Shown here in pieces: positions 1 through 12,000 of a DNA stretch of 64,000 nt. The notes below the pieces were generated by a model. That model was not told the origin of the DNA. It ran no database searches and saw nothing but the letters and a program-made list of their open reading frames with translations. The DNA is from Azolla caroliniana (lineage: Eukaryota > Plantae > Polypodiophyta): contig JBHGNT010000009.1 of the NCBI GenBank assembly GCA_043228905.1, forward strand, positions 3,968,001-4,032,000, read 5' to 3'. The stretch's first letter is position 1; each line of letters opens with the position of its first letter. The position numbers and the translations under genes are program-made.

Positions 1-2572
1 GGCTGAGCTCCTGAATCACTACCGTCAAACTCTTGACCAGTATTGATGAACACAGCATAATCGGCACCATTTCTCATCATATTAGCATTACAAATATGGT
101 GCTTTGGAAGACCCCCTCCTAAAACAATCATACCAGTTTTCCGAGGAGCTGCATGAACAGCCTCTCCATTTATGGCTCTTATATCTTGGAATGCACAAAA
201 CAAAATGAAGAAAATAAGCAAGCATTTTGGTGTTTTAACAGTAAACATTTTTATAAGTTGATGACCAAGCATTATAATAGTATGATGAGGAAGCATTTTG
301 ATAAGTTGATAGCACAACAGTTTTATGCTCTGAGTAAACATTTTGATTATTTGATCAGTAACGTTTAGATGATTTCATTAGTAGCAAAGCAATATTTATT
401 ATCAATCAAACACACCTTGAATGATGTCGAGTACAAGTCCTGGATTCTTGAAAGAGTGGAAATAAAGCATGTCTCCAAGGGAACCATCTGTCAAAGCAGG
501 GCAAAATACAGGTATGCCATGCTGTAAAAAAGGACAAATTATTGGTATTATTACCTTCTAGATCTACCTCTATCATCTTTTCATGAAAATGAGAATATGA
601 CTATTTATGTCGACACAATTCTAATGAGAAGATGACCATTCAGAATTATGTCGAACAAAAAGAATCAAAGAAATAGTAACTAGCATTGATCACAGATTCA
701 CATAAAATATCCTTTAGCGTCTATGTAAAACCACCATTGCTCGTGGTACACTTTATATTGAATTTTGAAAGTCAAATATCTTATATCAGAGAATAATCCA
801 ACCTTTTGAGCCCAAAAAATATATGAGCTTGGATTATTTATTTCTTTCCCCAACCTTGCAATCAGTTTGGAAGGTGTCCACAAAATTTCCTAAAAACATA
901 AAAACAAAAGCAAATACTTAAAGAATTATCACAAGAAAACTCCAGTGGGTTGCTGAATGCATTCACAGTTCACATGATTTTAAGCAGTTTAAAACTCCTA
1001 TTTCCATTACAACCGATAATTCATACTTTTACGCTAGTGCAGTGCCACGGAACATTCAACACCTTCCAAAACTATAGTTTTTTGAGTCTCTTATGTGAAA
1101 TAATACAAAACCAAAGAATGCAATGCAAATAAGACCCATATCCAAGAAGACATAATAAAGACCTGCTGCTTTTGTTCAAGGAGGATTTGATCGAGGATGG
1201 GCAAGATCCACTCTTCGAATTTGCAATAATTCTCATTTGGAACCAATAGATTTCCTATGCGATTCAAGCCCTTTGATCGTAATTGGGACCCTGGCAAGTT
1301 AAATTTCCCAATGTATGAAGGAGCCAAGCACTTGATTAGGTCTTCCTCGATACCTCCGGCTGTGGTAACGATTACATCGACCTAAAAACTTCAAAAAATG
1401 CCACCATATGTCACTAGATAATGAGGTAAAACCCGAAGATAGACAATCAATATATATTGTTAAGTTGAGAAACTAGTGCCTTACCATCTTATGCTCGGCA
1501 AGAAACCGAATGGTTTCACGAACTCCTGATGAGATAATGTTTGATGTGAAACCTAGGAATACCTTGCATTTGACATTCTCTCTAAATGCAGGATCCTTCT
1601 GTTCTTCAGAGCAATCATCTTCCAGTGGTTCATGAGCTAGTCTCCAATCAAGCTGAATATGCATGCAAAGACTCAAAACAAGTTCAGATCAGAACTGAAG
1701 AATCTGTAAAATGCCAAAAATTAATTAATATGCTCTAACTATTTTATAGGTGTAAGCTACAATAATGACAGCAAAGAATATAGAAGGATGTTCTGACCGT
1801 TATATTACCAAACACTAGACCACTTGCTTATCAAAAACCAACTATATTCTTATCAAATACCAATTAGTTGATCATGAAAAACCAATCATTTGCTATTAAA
1901 TACCCAGCCACTAGATAAATATTATCAGATACCAGCCAATTGATTAAGAATAAGCACAATGTCATTATAAAATACCAACCATTTCATTACCAGATATCAA
2001 TCTTTACAAGACCAGTACCAACATTTTACTATGAAAAGAAATCTCATTAACAAACTAAATATTTTCTTCATAAGGAACCTCTAACCATTTAACTATCAGA
2101 ATACTCGACAATTTCATCATAAAGACCTTAACCATTTCACTGCTAAAAGGTCAACAATTTTCCTGACCAGAAATAAAACCACTTTATTTTCAAAGCTCAA
2201 CAATTTACCTACGGAAAACTACTGCTTCAATATAAAAATTTCAACCCCTCCATCATAAAAAAACTCAACCATTCCGCTATCAAAAAGCATCAGCCATTTC
2301 AGTATAAATAAACTAACCATTTGATTGACGTGAGAAATGGCCTGACCAAGGTGAGAGGCTTGAAATCCAGTATGTATCATGGATTCAAGAAGACGTCCAT
2401 AGTTTACTCCTTGGTCGAAATCATAGCCGCAGACAGGGTCGGCATGATGACTAAGATCTTCAGAGGCACGCATAACAGAGCCATGAATGCGATCTAATAA
2501 GTTCTCGCTGCCGTCTTTCTCCATCTCTATTTTCACAGAATCGTTATTTTGGCTGTGTACCTGCATCGCCAT
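1..2572 (-). CDS. DHS: Deoxyhypusine synthase (spliced; 3' end runs off the window start)
   Basis: Exons with GT..AG boundaries: 2572-2318, 1652-1485, 1381-1163, 889-803, 521-416, 184-1. Translation gives DHS motifs [60 protein letters not shown] and [40 protein letters not shown]. Confidence 0.96.
220..412. repeat. Degenerate ~24-bp minisatellite making up DHS intron 5
   Basis: Recurring units such as AAACATTTTTATAAGTTGATGACC, AAGCATTTTGATAAGTTGATAGCA and AAACATTTTGATTATTTGATCAGT. Confidence 0.6.
1805..2215. repeat. Degenerate ~22-bp minisatellite in DHS intron 1
   Basis: Recurring units such as ACCAACTATATTCTTATCAAAT, ACCAATCATTTGCTATTAAAT and ACCAACCATTTCATTACCAGAT. Confidence 0.55.
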
Positions 2573-4071
2573 GTTTCCATCGTTAGCAGGTGCACAGAAG
2601 CCCTAATAATTGGAAGTGGCAAACTAACCATCAAAGTTTGCATAATTGCAAGCATACCCCTACCCTAATCTCCAAGAAGCAAACTGAAGGCAATTCATGA
2701 AAGCCTTTTATCTCTTAAGATATTTTCATAAAGCTATCAATTTTAGAGTAAACAATTGTCTTACTATCAATTTTAGAGTAAACAATTCATAATATCCAAT
2801 TTTTAACACTGCCCTCGTGTGGCTCGACGTCTCCATTCTCATCATTAAAATCCAATGATGTTTATGCTAAAACATAAGTGTCAAGTGATTCTATTTTTCA
2901 TTAAGTGAAATGGGTCAAAGTGATAATGAAAGTATACTTGATAATGTGGGTGTTCACGTATGAACGATAACTTGGGGATCCAACTTGATAAACCACACAA
3001 TACACAACCCCTTTCATGACTTATAATATGTTGCTTCTTGTGAACCCAAACAGAGATGATGTCATTGACTCCTGTTGCAATTGGTACTTCTTACATGGGC
3101 CAAAAAGATCATGCAATGTACAAAGCTTACCCTTGATCTAGGCAAACCGATCATGTTGTGGACTATGCTTGCTTGTTTGCCTCTACATGCTAGACAAAGG
3201 GTAGGACAATATAGTTGCCTTGGAAAGTTTCTATTAACATCCAATAAAGAAAATATATTTGAATCGCATCATTGCATTGGGTATTAGATCTCGCTTTGGC
3301 AACACGAATAGTCTAAGAATAACCAATGTTGTTCCCTCTCTCTACTTTCCCAACCTTGTTCTTCTCATTTTGATTAGTTCTCTGAAATTTGATTTATAGA
3401 TAATATGGAACATGATCTCTTATACCCAAATGGTCTGAAGCATTTCAATCATTTTGGGTAGTTGTTTCGCTAGCTCAAAAGATAATCAAAAGCATAAAGC
3501 TATTCATAGTTGGTTATAACAAAGCACAACGCAATTTCAAGGCTACATCTCCATTTCTTTCCACTTTGGATTCTTGAACCGAAAATTGTTCTAAAACATA
3601 GGATTGTGTTCTGAATATTTGCTCACAAGAAACTCTAAACACAACCGTGAATGCAAAAACAAAGGTCACGATTGTACAATGTGATATTAACTTCATTCTA
3701 CATTGCCCGAAGAAATAACTCAGTAGATTCTTATTCATTGCATACATGTTCACGAAACAATGACAAAAAAGTAGACGCGGGAAAAATGGTAGATAGTAAA
3801 TTGCAAAGCTAGTCTGAATTTACATCATATGCAACATTGATCACATCATACGTTTATAAAACTTCTCCCACATTGTGCATTCTTTGAATATCAACAAATA
3901 ACGAACGCAAAATAAACGTAACCCTGATACGACGTGCCCTTAAAAACATAACATATAGATAAATAAATAAATAGCACCTTTACAAGCACATGCAAGAGAT
4001 GGCATATACCCCTGCCATAAAAACCCCTTAAAAGGCTCAGGATTTAAGCATAAAAGAATTTTATATGATCC

Positions 4072-4335
4072 TTAGCCACATTTATGAACATCTTTTTCCT
4101 TTGACCATACATGATCCCATGCATCACCTCCAATTTCTTTGGTTTCTGAAGTAAATGGCTCAGATTTCTCATTACTTGGCAATAGCAATCCTTGCACCTT
4201 AGGTTGAAGCTTTGGCTTGGACCATATTCCTAGCAATCTCAGAACAAACCTTGCAAGCTCGCCATAGAGTAATCCAGCTCTATCAAAAAGCTGTAATATA
4301 GATAGACATGAATATTAAAACTCGTGCAAGAAGTG

Positions 4336-4367
<32 letters not shown>

Positions 4368-7300
4368 TATGTGTCTGCTAATCTAATGATGTAACTTTAT
4401 CAAAAAAGAATCATGCACCTGAAGCAACGCCGTTATGAAGAACTGGAATGCTTGAGTGTTTTGATCAACAAGAACAGAAATGCGACCAAAGAAAGTGACA
4501 ACTCCATATATCTGCAGGAAGCAATCATCTACATCAGGGGCTTGAAGTATCATCAACCATATAATAAAACAACTCTATACATCTATAGAAGGAGAGAGAG
4601 GTATCTATGTGAAGGACCAATAACAACTTACCACTTTTAGCATAGATTGCCATAATGAGGGAGGACCTGATGGAGGAACACCTCCTCCGAGATTGTTCAG
4701 ATCACTGCCAAACATGGGAGGAGCACCCATGCCCATACTATACCCAGCTCCATACATACCTCCACCATATCCACTTCCATGTAAACCACCACATCCGTAT
4801 GAGTTGCCAAGTCTTTGGTCCCCATATATACCACCGCCACCATATGCGCCTACAGTTCCATATCCTCCTCCATTATATTGGTTACCCATTCTTCCACCAT
4901 AATATGTATTTGTTCCATGTGAACCTGAATACTGATTGTAATTTGATGTTGATCCGTATCCTGCATTTTCATAGGAAAAAACATCACTTGCCCTTGAGTG
5001 TAATGCTTCAAAAAAGCAATATGCACAGGCACATTCCTGCATTCTCCAAATAATAAAACCTACATTCCATAAAATGAAGACACACATGTTTCACCATAGA
5101 ATTGAGGTGTTGCTCAATATAATTAAGAGCACGGACAGAGTGTACAACAATGGTATTTGTTGAGGATAGTGCATGATGTGCGTACAATAGGGGTTAGAGA
5201 TAGGGGATACAATAGTGCATATCTTTCCCTATTATGAGAATTTTAGGTTGAAGTAGCCAACTGGGGCTGCTGTATTTATTGAACATTCCAACATTGTTGA
5301 TGATAAATGTGGAAAACCAAGTAGTAATAGTCTGCTAGACATTTTATTAGTATCTAGTTCAATCTCTTGTTCCATTTTGCAAGAAAAACGTCTATAGGTC
5401 CCGATAAATATACGGAGTTTCCCCAGGTTTGGTACAACCACACAATTACAAAGATTGAGCTCCCATGTATACTAGTAAACCATTATTGCATTCTCCAAGA
5501 ACAAAATTCAATCCTTTTGCTCATTAAGAACTTCAACAAACTTCCATAGCTATTCGTAGCATTCCTCTCCCAATATGTTGGAGGCTTTGATCTTATTGTT
5601 ATTGTATTATGGTACATTTCAGGCAAAGGGGATAAGAAAATCTCTATTAAATCCCAATATGATGATTCCTAGTAAGTTTACTACCAAAATGAGAAGCTGA
5701 ATCTTTTGAAACAGATAGACAAATTTAGACCATGCTCGACTAGAAAATTTATTCTGCAACATCAATTTTTTGTGTGGCTTGGTTTTCAGTGTCTACAAGG
5801 TTTGTTCAAGGGTTGATGGAAGCACGTGATTGCCTGACTTTTACTAATAGATACCCCTCATGTATACAAATGACTCTTGCATTCTCTGACAAATCACATC
5901 CATTTGCTAGTTAAGAAGCAAGATCAACCTCCATCACATCAAATCACTTCACTAGCTAAGAGAACTGACTAACCAACATAAAGAAAAACTTCCGTACTTT
6001 TGCAAGTTAAGAGAATTGACAAATATTCATAAAATACAGTTCTCTGCGAGTTAAGTAAGAGACATGACTAACCTCCATAGTTATTGATCGCATTTCTCTC
6101 CCAAGGTCTTGGAGGCATTGGTCTACCAAGGATGGTGCCATTGTGAGGAGCGACATTTGTGAGTGGAGATTTGGCACCATTTGCAGAAACACCTGAAGAT
6201 TCAACAATTGTGGTAGTGCTATTTGCAGATGTGGACGGCTGGAAAGGAGAAGGACCAGAAATATTGGGAGTTCTCTCCCATGGTTTGGGAGGAGCCAAAC
6301 AACCTGAAACATGTTCACATTGAAATAAAATATTACCGCGTGCTAAGCACAGTGTGATGCATTTTGATGTACTGATGAATAGTTAATATTTGAGGAAAAC
6401 TCTGAATCACCGACATATCCTACATTTTTCTTTATTTCCACAAATGCCCCTTTTTTTTCGATATTCCCCAAATACCTTTGGTCAACTCCATCTCAAGCAA
6501 TTATATGGTCAATTATTTCCTTTTTCCTGTTATTTGAGCAATTATAAAGTATTTTCGTCCAATTTCTTTTTTATTTCAAGAGCTTACCTACGGCATTTTG
6601 GGAAATAATGAAACATATGAATAGTTGGGGAAATAAAACGAGAGTCAGGGGTATAAATGAGTTCTTCCTGTAAATGTTCTGAAAAAGTATACTATTCCTG
6701 AATTAATGTTTAGAAATCTATCGAGAGATGAAATACATAGACAAGAAACATATTTTCTAAGGAAGAAAAAAAAACTGAGCTCCACTTTTGATGAATTAAT
6801 CTTTAGAAACCTCATGAATTAAACAATCTTATCCCATTTTTTTGTAAAGAAACCGAGAAACTAAAATCTTATATCTTGAACAACATATAAGAGAGGTTGC
6901 AGTAACTACATTAAATGGACACGTAAACAAAAAAAGAACTAGTTTTACAAGAATGAAAAAAAAGCCCAAAATGTTTTATCCTTACTCGCACTTTATATAA
7001 GCAAATAACAGAAACAATGATTTCAATCGAACTAAAATGGAGATCAAATTAGCATGATTGCACAATTTTGGTTGCAATATCTATTAATTCAAAATCAAAT
7101 TCCAGATTATGCACAAATCGTGAGAAAACTCATTCCAGAATTTTTTTTCACCAGAATCAGAAACCGTTAATCTGGTTCTCAGTTGTAAAGCCATACCTCT
7201 GATTCTGAGTTTTAAAACGCAAAATCTGTATTCCGATGTAAAAATGCCAAAATTATAAGCAGATTTTATACACTAAAAAATAGATTCTTACACGAAGCCC

Positions 7301-7541
7301 TAAATCTGACTCTTTGTCGAAAATTTAATTCTAATTCTCGTTAATTCTTAACCTATTCCAAAATTCGAACTCTTGAGCTGTGAACCTAAACCTGAATTCT
7401 TGAACAGGAAATAAAAAGACCATGATCATATGGATTAAATAAATATGCGATTCAACGGAGGCAAGGATTGATCGACGAGAGAAGATTGAGTTGCAATCAA
7501 ATAGAATTTGGTTTTGGATGTAGATTACCCGAAGAGGTCAT
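4072..7541 (-). CDS. PEX13: Peroxisomal membrane protein PEX13 (plant type)
   Basis: Five phase-consistent exons: 7541-7529, 6303-6073, 4960-4632, 4511-4419, 4290-4072 (TAA). Motifs PPKPWE, RPMPPRPWE, a Gly/Tyr-rich tract, PPSLWQS, FFGRISVLVDQNTQAFQFFITALLQLFDRAGLLYGELARFVLRLLG and a C-terminal WDHVW match plant PEX13. Confidence 0.94.
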
Positions 7542-8464
7542 GGCGATGGCAGAATGCCTTCGATCAGGGAAGCATCTGTGGATGGATCGACGAGTAACTA
7601 ACGATGAATGCGAGAGATGGAAGGGAAGAAGGCAAGCAAAGGATGGAGAGATGGACGCAAACAGAGAGTGTACGTAAAATTCTTTGCTTTGCGTGTTTTA
7701 TTTCTTTAATAATAAGTCTTTCGGTTTCCTCTATGCAGTGAAACGCACACAAACATTCACTCACTCACATTCATGTCTTCACAAGGAAATCGAAATCGGT
7801 TCGGGTTCGGCTTAACCGGTTTGGCTTTGTCCCAACCAAACCGGTTAAGCCTTACCCGGCTTGAGAGTTTTCAAATGCAATAGATGGCGCTGCAATATCT
7901 AGCAAACTATCATGAATTGAACTATCGCACCGCCTCCTAAACCAATTGAGCAATGGGACTTGGGTCGAGCAGCCCATAAAGATCGTAAACCTTGGACAAG
8001 CCATTGGTTTTGCCATCTCAGCTCTCAATTTCTTTATGTACCCTTTTTTGTTATTCTGTGCTAGTTATATTGAATACGAGCTTATGTTCGGGGGGGTGCA
8101 TACCAAATGACATCTCGACAGACATTGTGTTGTGGTTTTGAGTGTGAACCAAGACAAAGGGATTATGAAGTTCACCATTCCATTTTCCTTGAATTCACTC
8201 GTGTTTGGCCTACGTGTATTATTGGGTGCAAGTTTGGGTTTGTGAGCTGGTGTGAGCTTCAAACTCACTTTGTTTTTTTACCCCACACAACATTGTCATC
8301 GAGTGAAAACTCACATGTAAGAGATTAGAGTGTTGGATCTCCCCCCCCCCCCCCCCCTCCCATCCTCTGGGGGTAAAAAGAGGGAAAAGGCAAAAAGAGA
8401 AGCGGTCGAGGATTGTGTGTGTCGTCAAGTAGGTCAAGTTTTCAAGGTTCACCCACCAAATGGT

Positions 8465-8862
8465 CTTCTTCCTATGAAAAAAATGTCCCCAGGGCACGAT
8501 TTGTGGTCCAAACCCATAAGCAACCAATCTGTTTGAACGTATTACTAACATGTTGAAGTTTGAGAGGCGTCTTTGTCCATGGAGTGAGTAGTCACTCTGA
8601 ACTCACATCTCAATGATGATGATCATGGGGGCCGTGTGTAAAGCCAGAAGATGAGGGGAGCTTCTTCCTATGACAAAAATGTCCCCAGGGCACGATTTGT
8701 GGTCCAAACCCATAAGCAACCAATCCGTTTGAACGCATTACTAACATGTTGAAGTTTGAGAGGTGTCTTTGTCCAAGGAGTGAGTAGTCACTCTGAACTC
8801 ATATCTCAATGATGATGATGATGGGGGCCGTGTGTAAAGCCAGAAGATGAGGGGAGCTTCTT
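8465..8862. repeat. 196-bp direct tandem duplication (2 copies)
   Basis: The unit CTTCTTCCTATGA...GATGAGGGGAG starts at 8465 and 8661, with CTTCTT again at 8857. The copies differ by only a few substitutions. Confidence 0.92.
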
Positions 8863-8967
8863 GCCCCCAATACGGAGAGATGGGCTTCCCCAAGAAATTG
8901 TCCGGGCGCCCCAGTGTGAACGCGGCCACATGCGCACTCCGACTCTCATCTCTCATCTCTCCCCAGT

Positions 8968-8975
8968 TTTCCCGC
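8968..8975 (+). promoter_or_regulatory. E2F-binding site TTTCCCGC upstream of KNL2
   Basis: Perfect TTTSSCGS match ~50 bp upstream of the ATG at 9026. Arabidopsis KNL2 is reported to be E2F-regulated. Confidence 0.55.
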
Positions 8976-9025
8976 CCATTCTCTTCTGATTCTCTGTGTC
9001 GCTCCTGCAGAGCGGTAGCGGGCGG

Positions 9026-12000
9026 ATGATGAACAGGAAATTTTCTTCTGCAGCTTCTTCTCCCCAGACCATGCAATTCCACAGTAATCCGTCGTCTTCT
9101 TTCCATCCTCCCTGCCATAGCTCCCTCTCTCATCGTCTTCCTCCTCCTCACCATCATCATCAGCAGCAGCAGCACCACCATCGCCAACCTCAAGATAGAG
9201 ACAGCTTTCTCGAGACTGCGAACTTCCTCGAGAGGGAGAGCTTCCTTGGTAGAGAAAACTTTCTTGAGAGAGCGACCTTTCTTCCTTCCAAAGAGACGCC
9301 TTTCGTTGATCAAGAGAATGGAAGCTTTACTTACAACAATCGTCATCATCATCAGTTTCAACATCATCATCAAAATCATATACCTTCTGGTTCCCCGAAT
9401 TTCTTGAAACCTACAGAAATCCATCAAAGCTTTCGACAACGTGGACCTTCCGATCTGTGCTTTTCTTCTTCTCCTTCTTATCCTTCAGAAGAGTGTAGAA
9501 GAAGAATTTCCTCTTGCAGATCTTCAGAACCTTCTTTTAGTAAATTTTCAGTGTCTGAAGGTATTATTCCAGCATATAATGTCTCAGAAAATGCTTATGT
9601 TCCAAGAACTCCTCAAACCGATGATTTTGGTATGGCGTCATCATCCCCCTATGTGCAACCTGCGTCAAATGCTAAATTCATTCCTTCAGCATATGCCCAG
9701 GTATTTTTCATGCATTTTTGTTTTCTAGATTGATCTAAGCATAGTCAATTGCCTTTAATAATGAATACTATTGTATCCTCAGCCACCATTAATATCTTTG
9801 TATGTCACACACTCATCTTCATGTATGCAAAATAATATTATGAATGTTGCCTATTCATCTTGCTGTACAAAGAAACAGCATCTTCATTTCACCCAAGTAA
9901 CATCTTATTTGCTACCTAATTATGTCGATGGAAAAAAGCATCATATTTACACCTATTCATCTCCATGTATATAAAATAATTCTTCAATTAAAAATGGCAT
10001 CTTTCAATCCCCATGCATGAGAGAAACAGTACAGTGAATCTGTACGAGAAAACCATAAGCTAAAGGAATATCAGTTGTTTGGATTATGACAATTACTTTT
10101 TAATATCCAGTTTGTGCAGTCCCTTTCCATGCATGAAATAATGGACAGGTGATTTTATAGAGTCCAGACGAACATTTAAATTTCATAGAAAGTTTATTTA
10201 ACATTTTCGACTAGAATATTAAGTCGATGAAACTAAGTAGATAGGCGATTGCAACCCTCCTAATCTAAGTGTAAATGATTTGCTATACAACTACTCACCC
10301 AAAATAGAGGAAAACATTCAAGCAACATTTATAGATTTCGATTTTCACATTTGTGTCACTTATTAGGTCTTGTTTAGCATAAATATCTCCTTTGGATGAT
10401 AAAGCACATTTTTATGTCACAGTAGCCAATGATTGAACAAATTGATTTAAGGTTTTACTCGGTTCTAAGTAGATAATATGAAAATGAGGCATGAAAAAGG
10501 AGGTATAAAAATGGATTTAGATGTTTCCACGTTTGGTGGAAATGGTAAGCATAAAAATGGATTAATGTTGCAGGCTTAAGGCTAGATTGATACAGTGAAG
10601 CGATCTAGTGACTTGGTATACATTAGGTCTAGATTGATGGAGTTAACTGGATAAATTTTATTGTCTATTTAGCTTTCTGATCAAGTTACTTGGGATTTGT
10701 ATAAACGTCTAGACGAAACTACTAATTCATTGCTATTTTTTATGAAAACTTATACAAAATCTAAGTAATACTTCCGGGCACAGTAATATCTTAAGATTAT
10801 TTTTACTACAGAACAAATACAAAGAAAACAGATTTCAAAGAGTTATTATGGAGTTGTGATTTGTCAGCCAATTTATTTTTCAGTGTGATGTCTCTCTTTT
10901 TCACTGTTTCCTTTCACCTTGCTATTTTCTACTCCACCATGGACTGCTACCATGTACATCCTGAAATTATAGTCTTCCAAAACCTGAATTCATGGTTATA
11001 GAATGCACAGTTTTGAGGCAGTGAGTTAAACATTGAAAATGCAGCCTAGAAATTGTGATCGGCAAGGTTTCAGGATGGCATCAGTAAATGGATCAGATCA
11101 CCACATGACAGCACCACAAAAGCAGGTATAAGACCAAAATTGAGCTATGGTTATAATGATTATATAAATGATATCCACTGATAAGAATTTAGCAAAGGTG
11201 GTTATCATAATGGTTCTTTTATCTTTTAGGTCAAACTGTATAGGTGGTACTTGATTAAATGTGGTACTAGCAGTGTTGAAGTAGCAGTTGGAGGTTTATT
11301 AAGTCCAGGGTATACTGTCTTCTACACTGATTCTTGAATACATCCAGGTTAATTTTTGCAATAGAATTCTAATTTTTAACTTTTTTCAGAACAGTAGGTA
11401 GTAGAAGAGAAGAAATGGCAGCAATCACAAAACGCAATGACAAGTGTAGGCTCATGACACAGGATGGTGTTGAAGTTCGACTTATAGGACTTATTGATGA
11501 TTGCACCACTATTGCAAATGGATTCTCTATTGAGGTTTATTCTCAAATTAGCAGGTCTATTAGAAATTTTGTAGTTCCGTGTTATATTGCTTACACCTAT
11601 ATATTGTTTTGGACAGATTGTACATATGTTCCTCTCTGGGTTTCCATATACATGGAACCATTTACTGCAGAATGAAATTCGAACATGCACAATTAGGAAT
11701 CCAATAAGCTTAGTATCAGAAACTGGTGCGTTGAATGGCATTGAGACATCTGAATTAGGTTTTGAAGGTTGTGCAAACAAAGAGAAGTGTCTGCCATTAT
11801 TAGGTAACAGCCAAATGGATACATCTACTACATGTGGTCAAAAAGTAGATGCCACTGCATATCAGGAAAACAATACCAAACTTCCACTGGATGAAATTCT
11901 GCAATTAAGTGCATCCAGTGCAATGGATGGACAGGATTTGCAAAAATATGGCACACGTACAGCTCCATCAACACATAATACTAAGGAATTGCATGAGACC

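Larger units (their letters stand above)
7542..9025. promoter_or_regulatory. Shared divergent 5'UTR/promoter region between PEX13 and KNL2
   Basis: The two start codons point away from each other ~1.5 kb apart. GC-rich and CT-rich leader-like sequence lies next to each ATG. Confidence 0.6.

Noticed and set aside
60-110. Possible homospermidine synthase (pyrrolizidine alkaloid pathway) rather than DHS
   Set aside because: The diagnostic region reads HHICNAN (IxxxN, DHS type), not the VxxxD seen in many HSS enzymes.
4655-5053. Pro/Tyr-rich extensin-like and His-rich ORFs on the + strand
   Set aside because: They are antisense shadows of the Gly/Tyr-rich PEX13 exon 3.
8741-9439. 232-aa minus-strand ORF
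   Set aside because: It is antisense to low-complexity KNL2 exon 1 and runs into the promoter duplication, with no recognisable domain.
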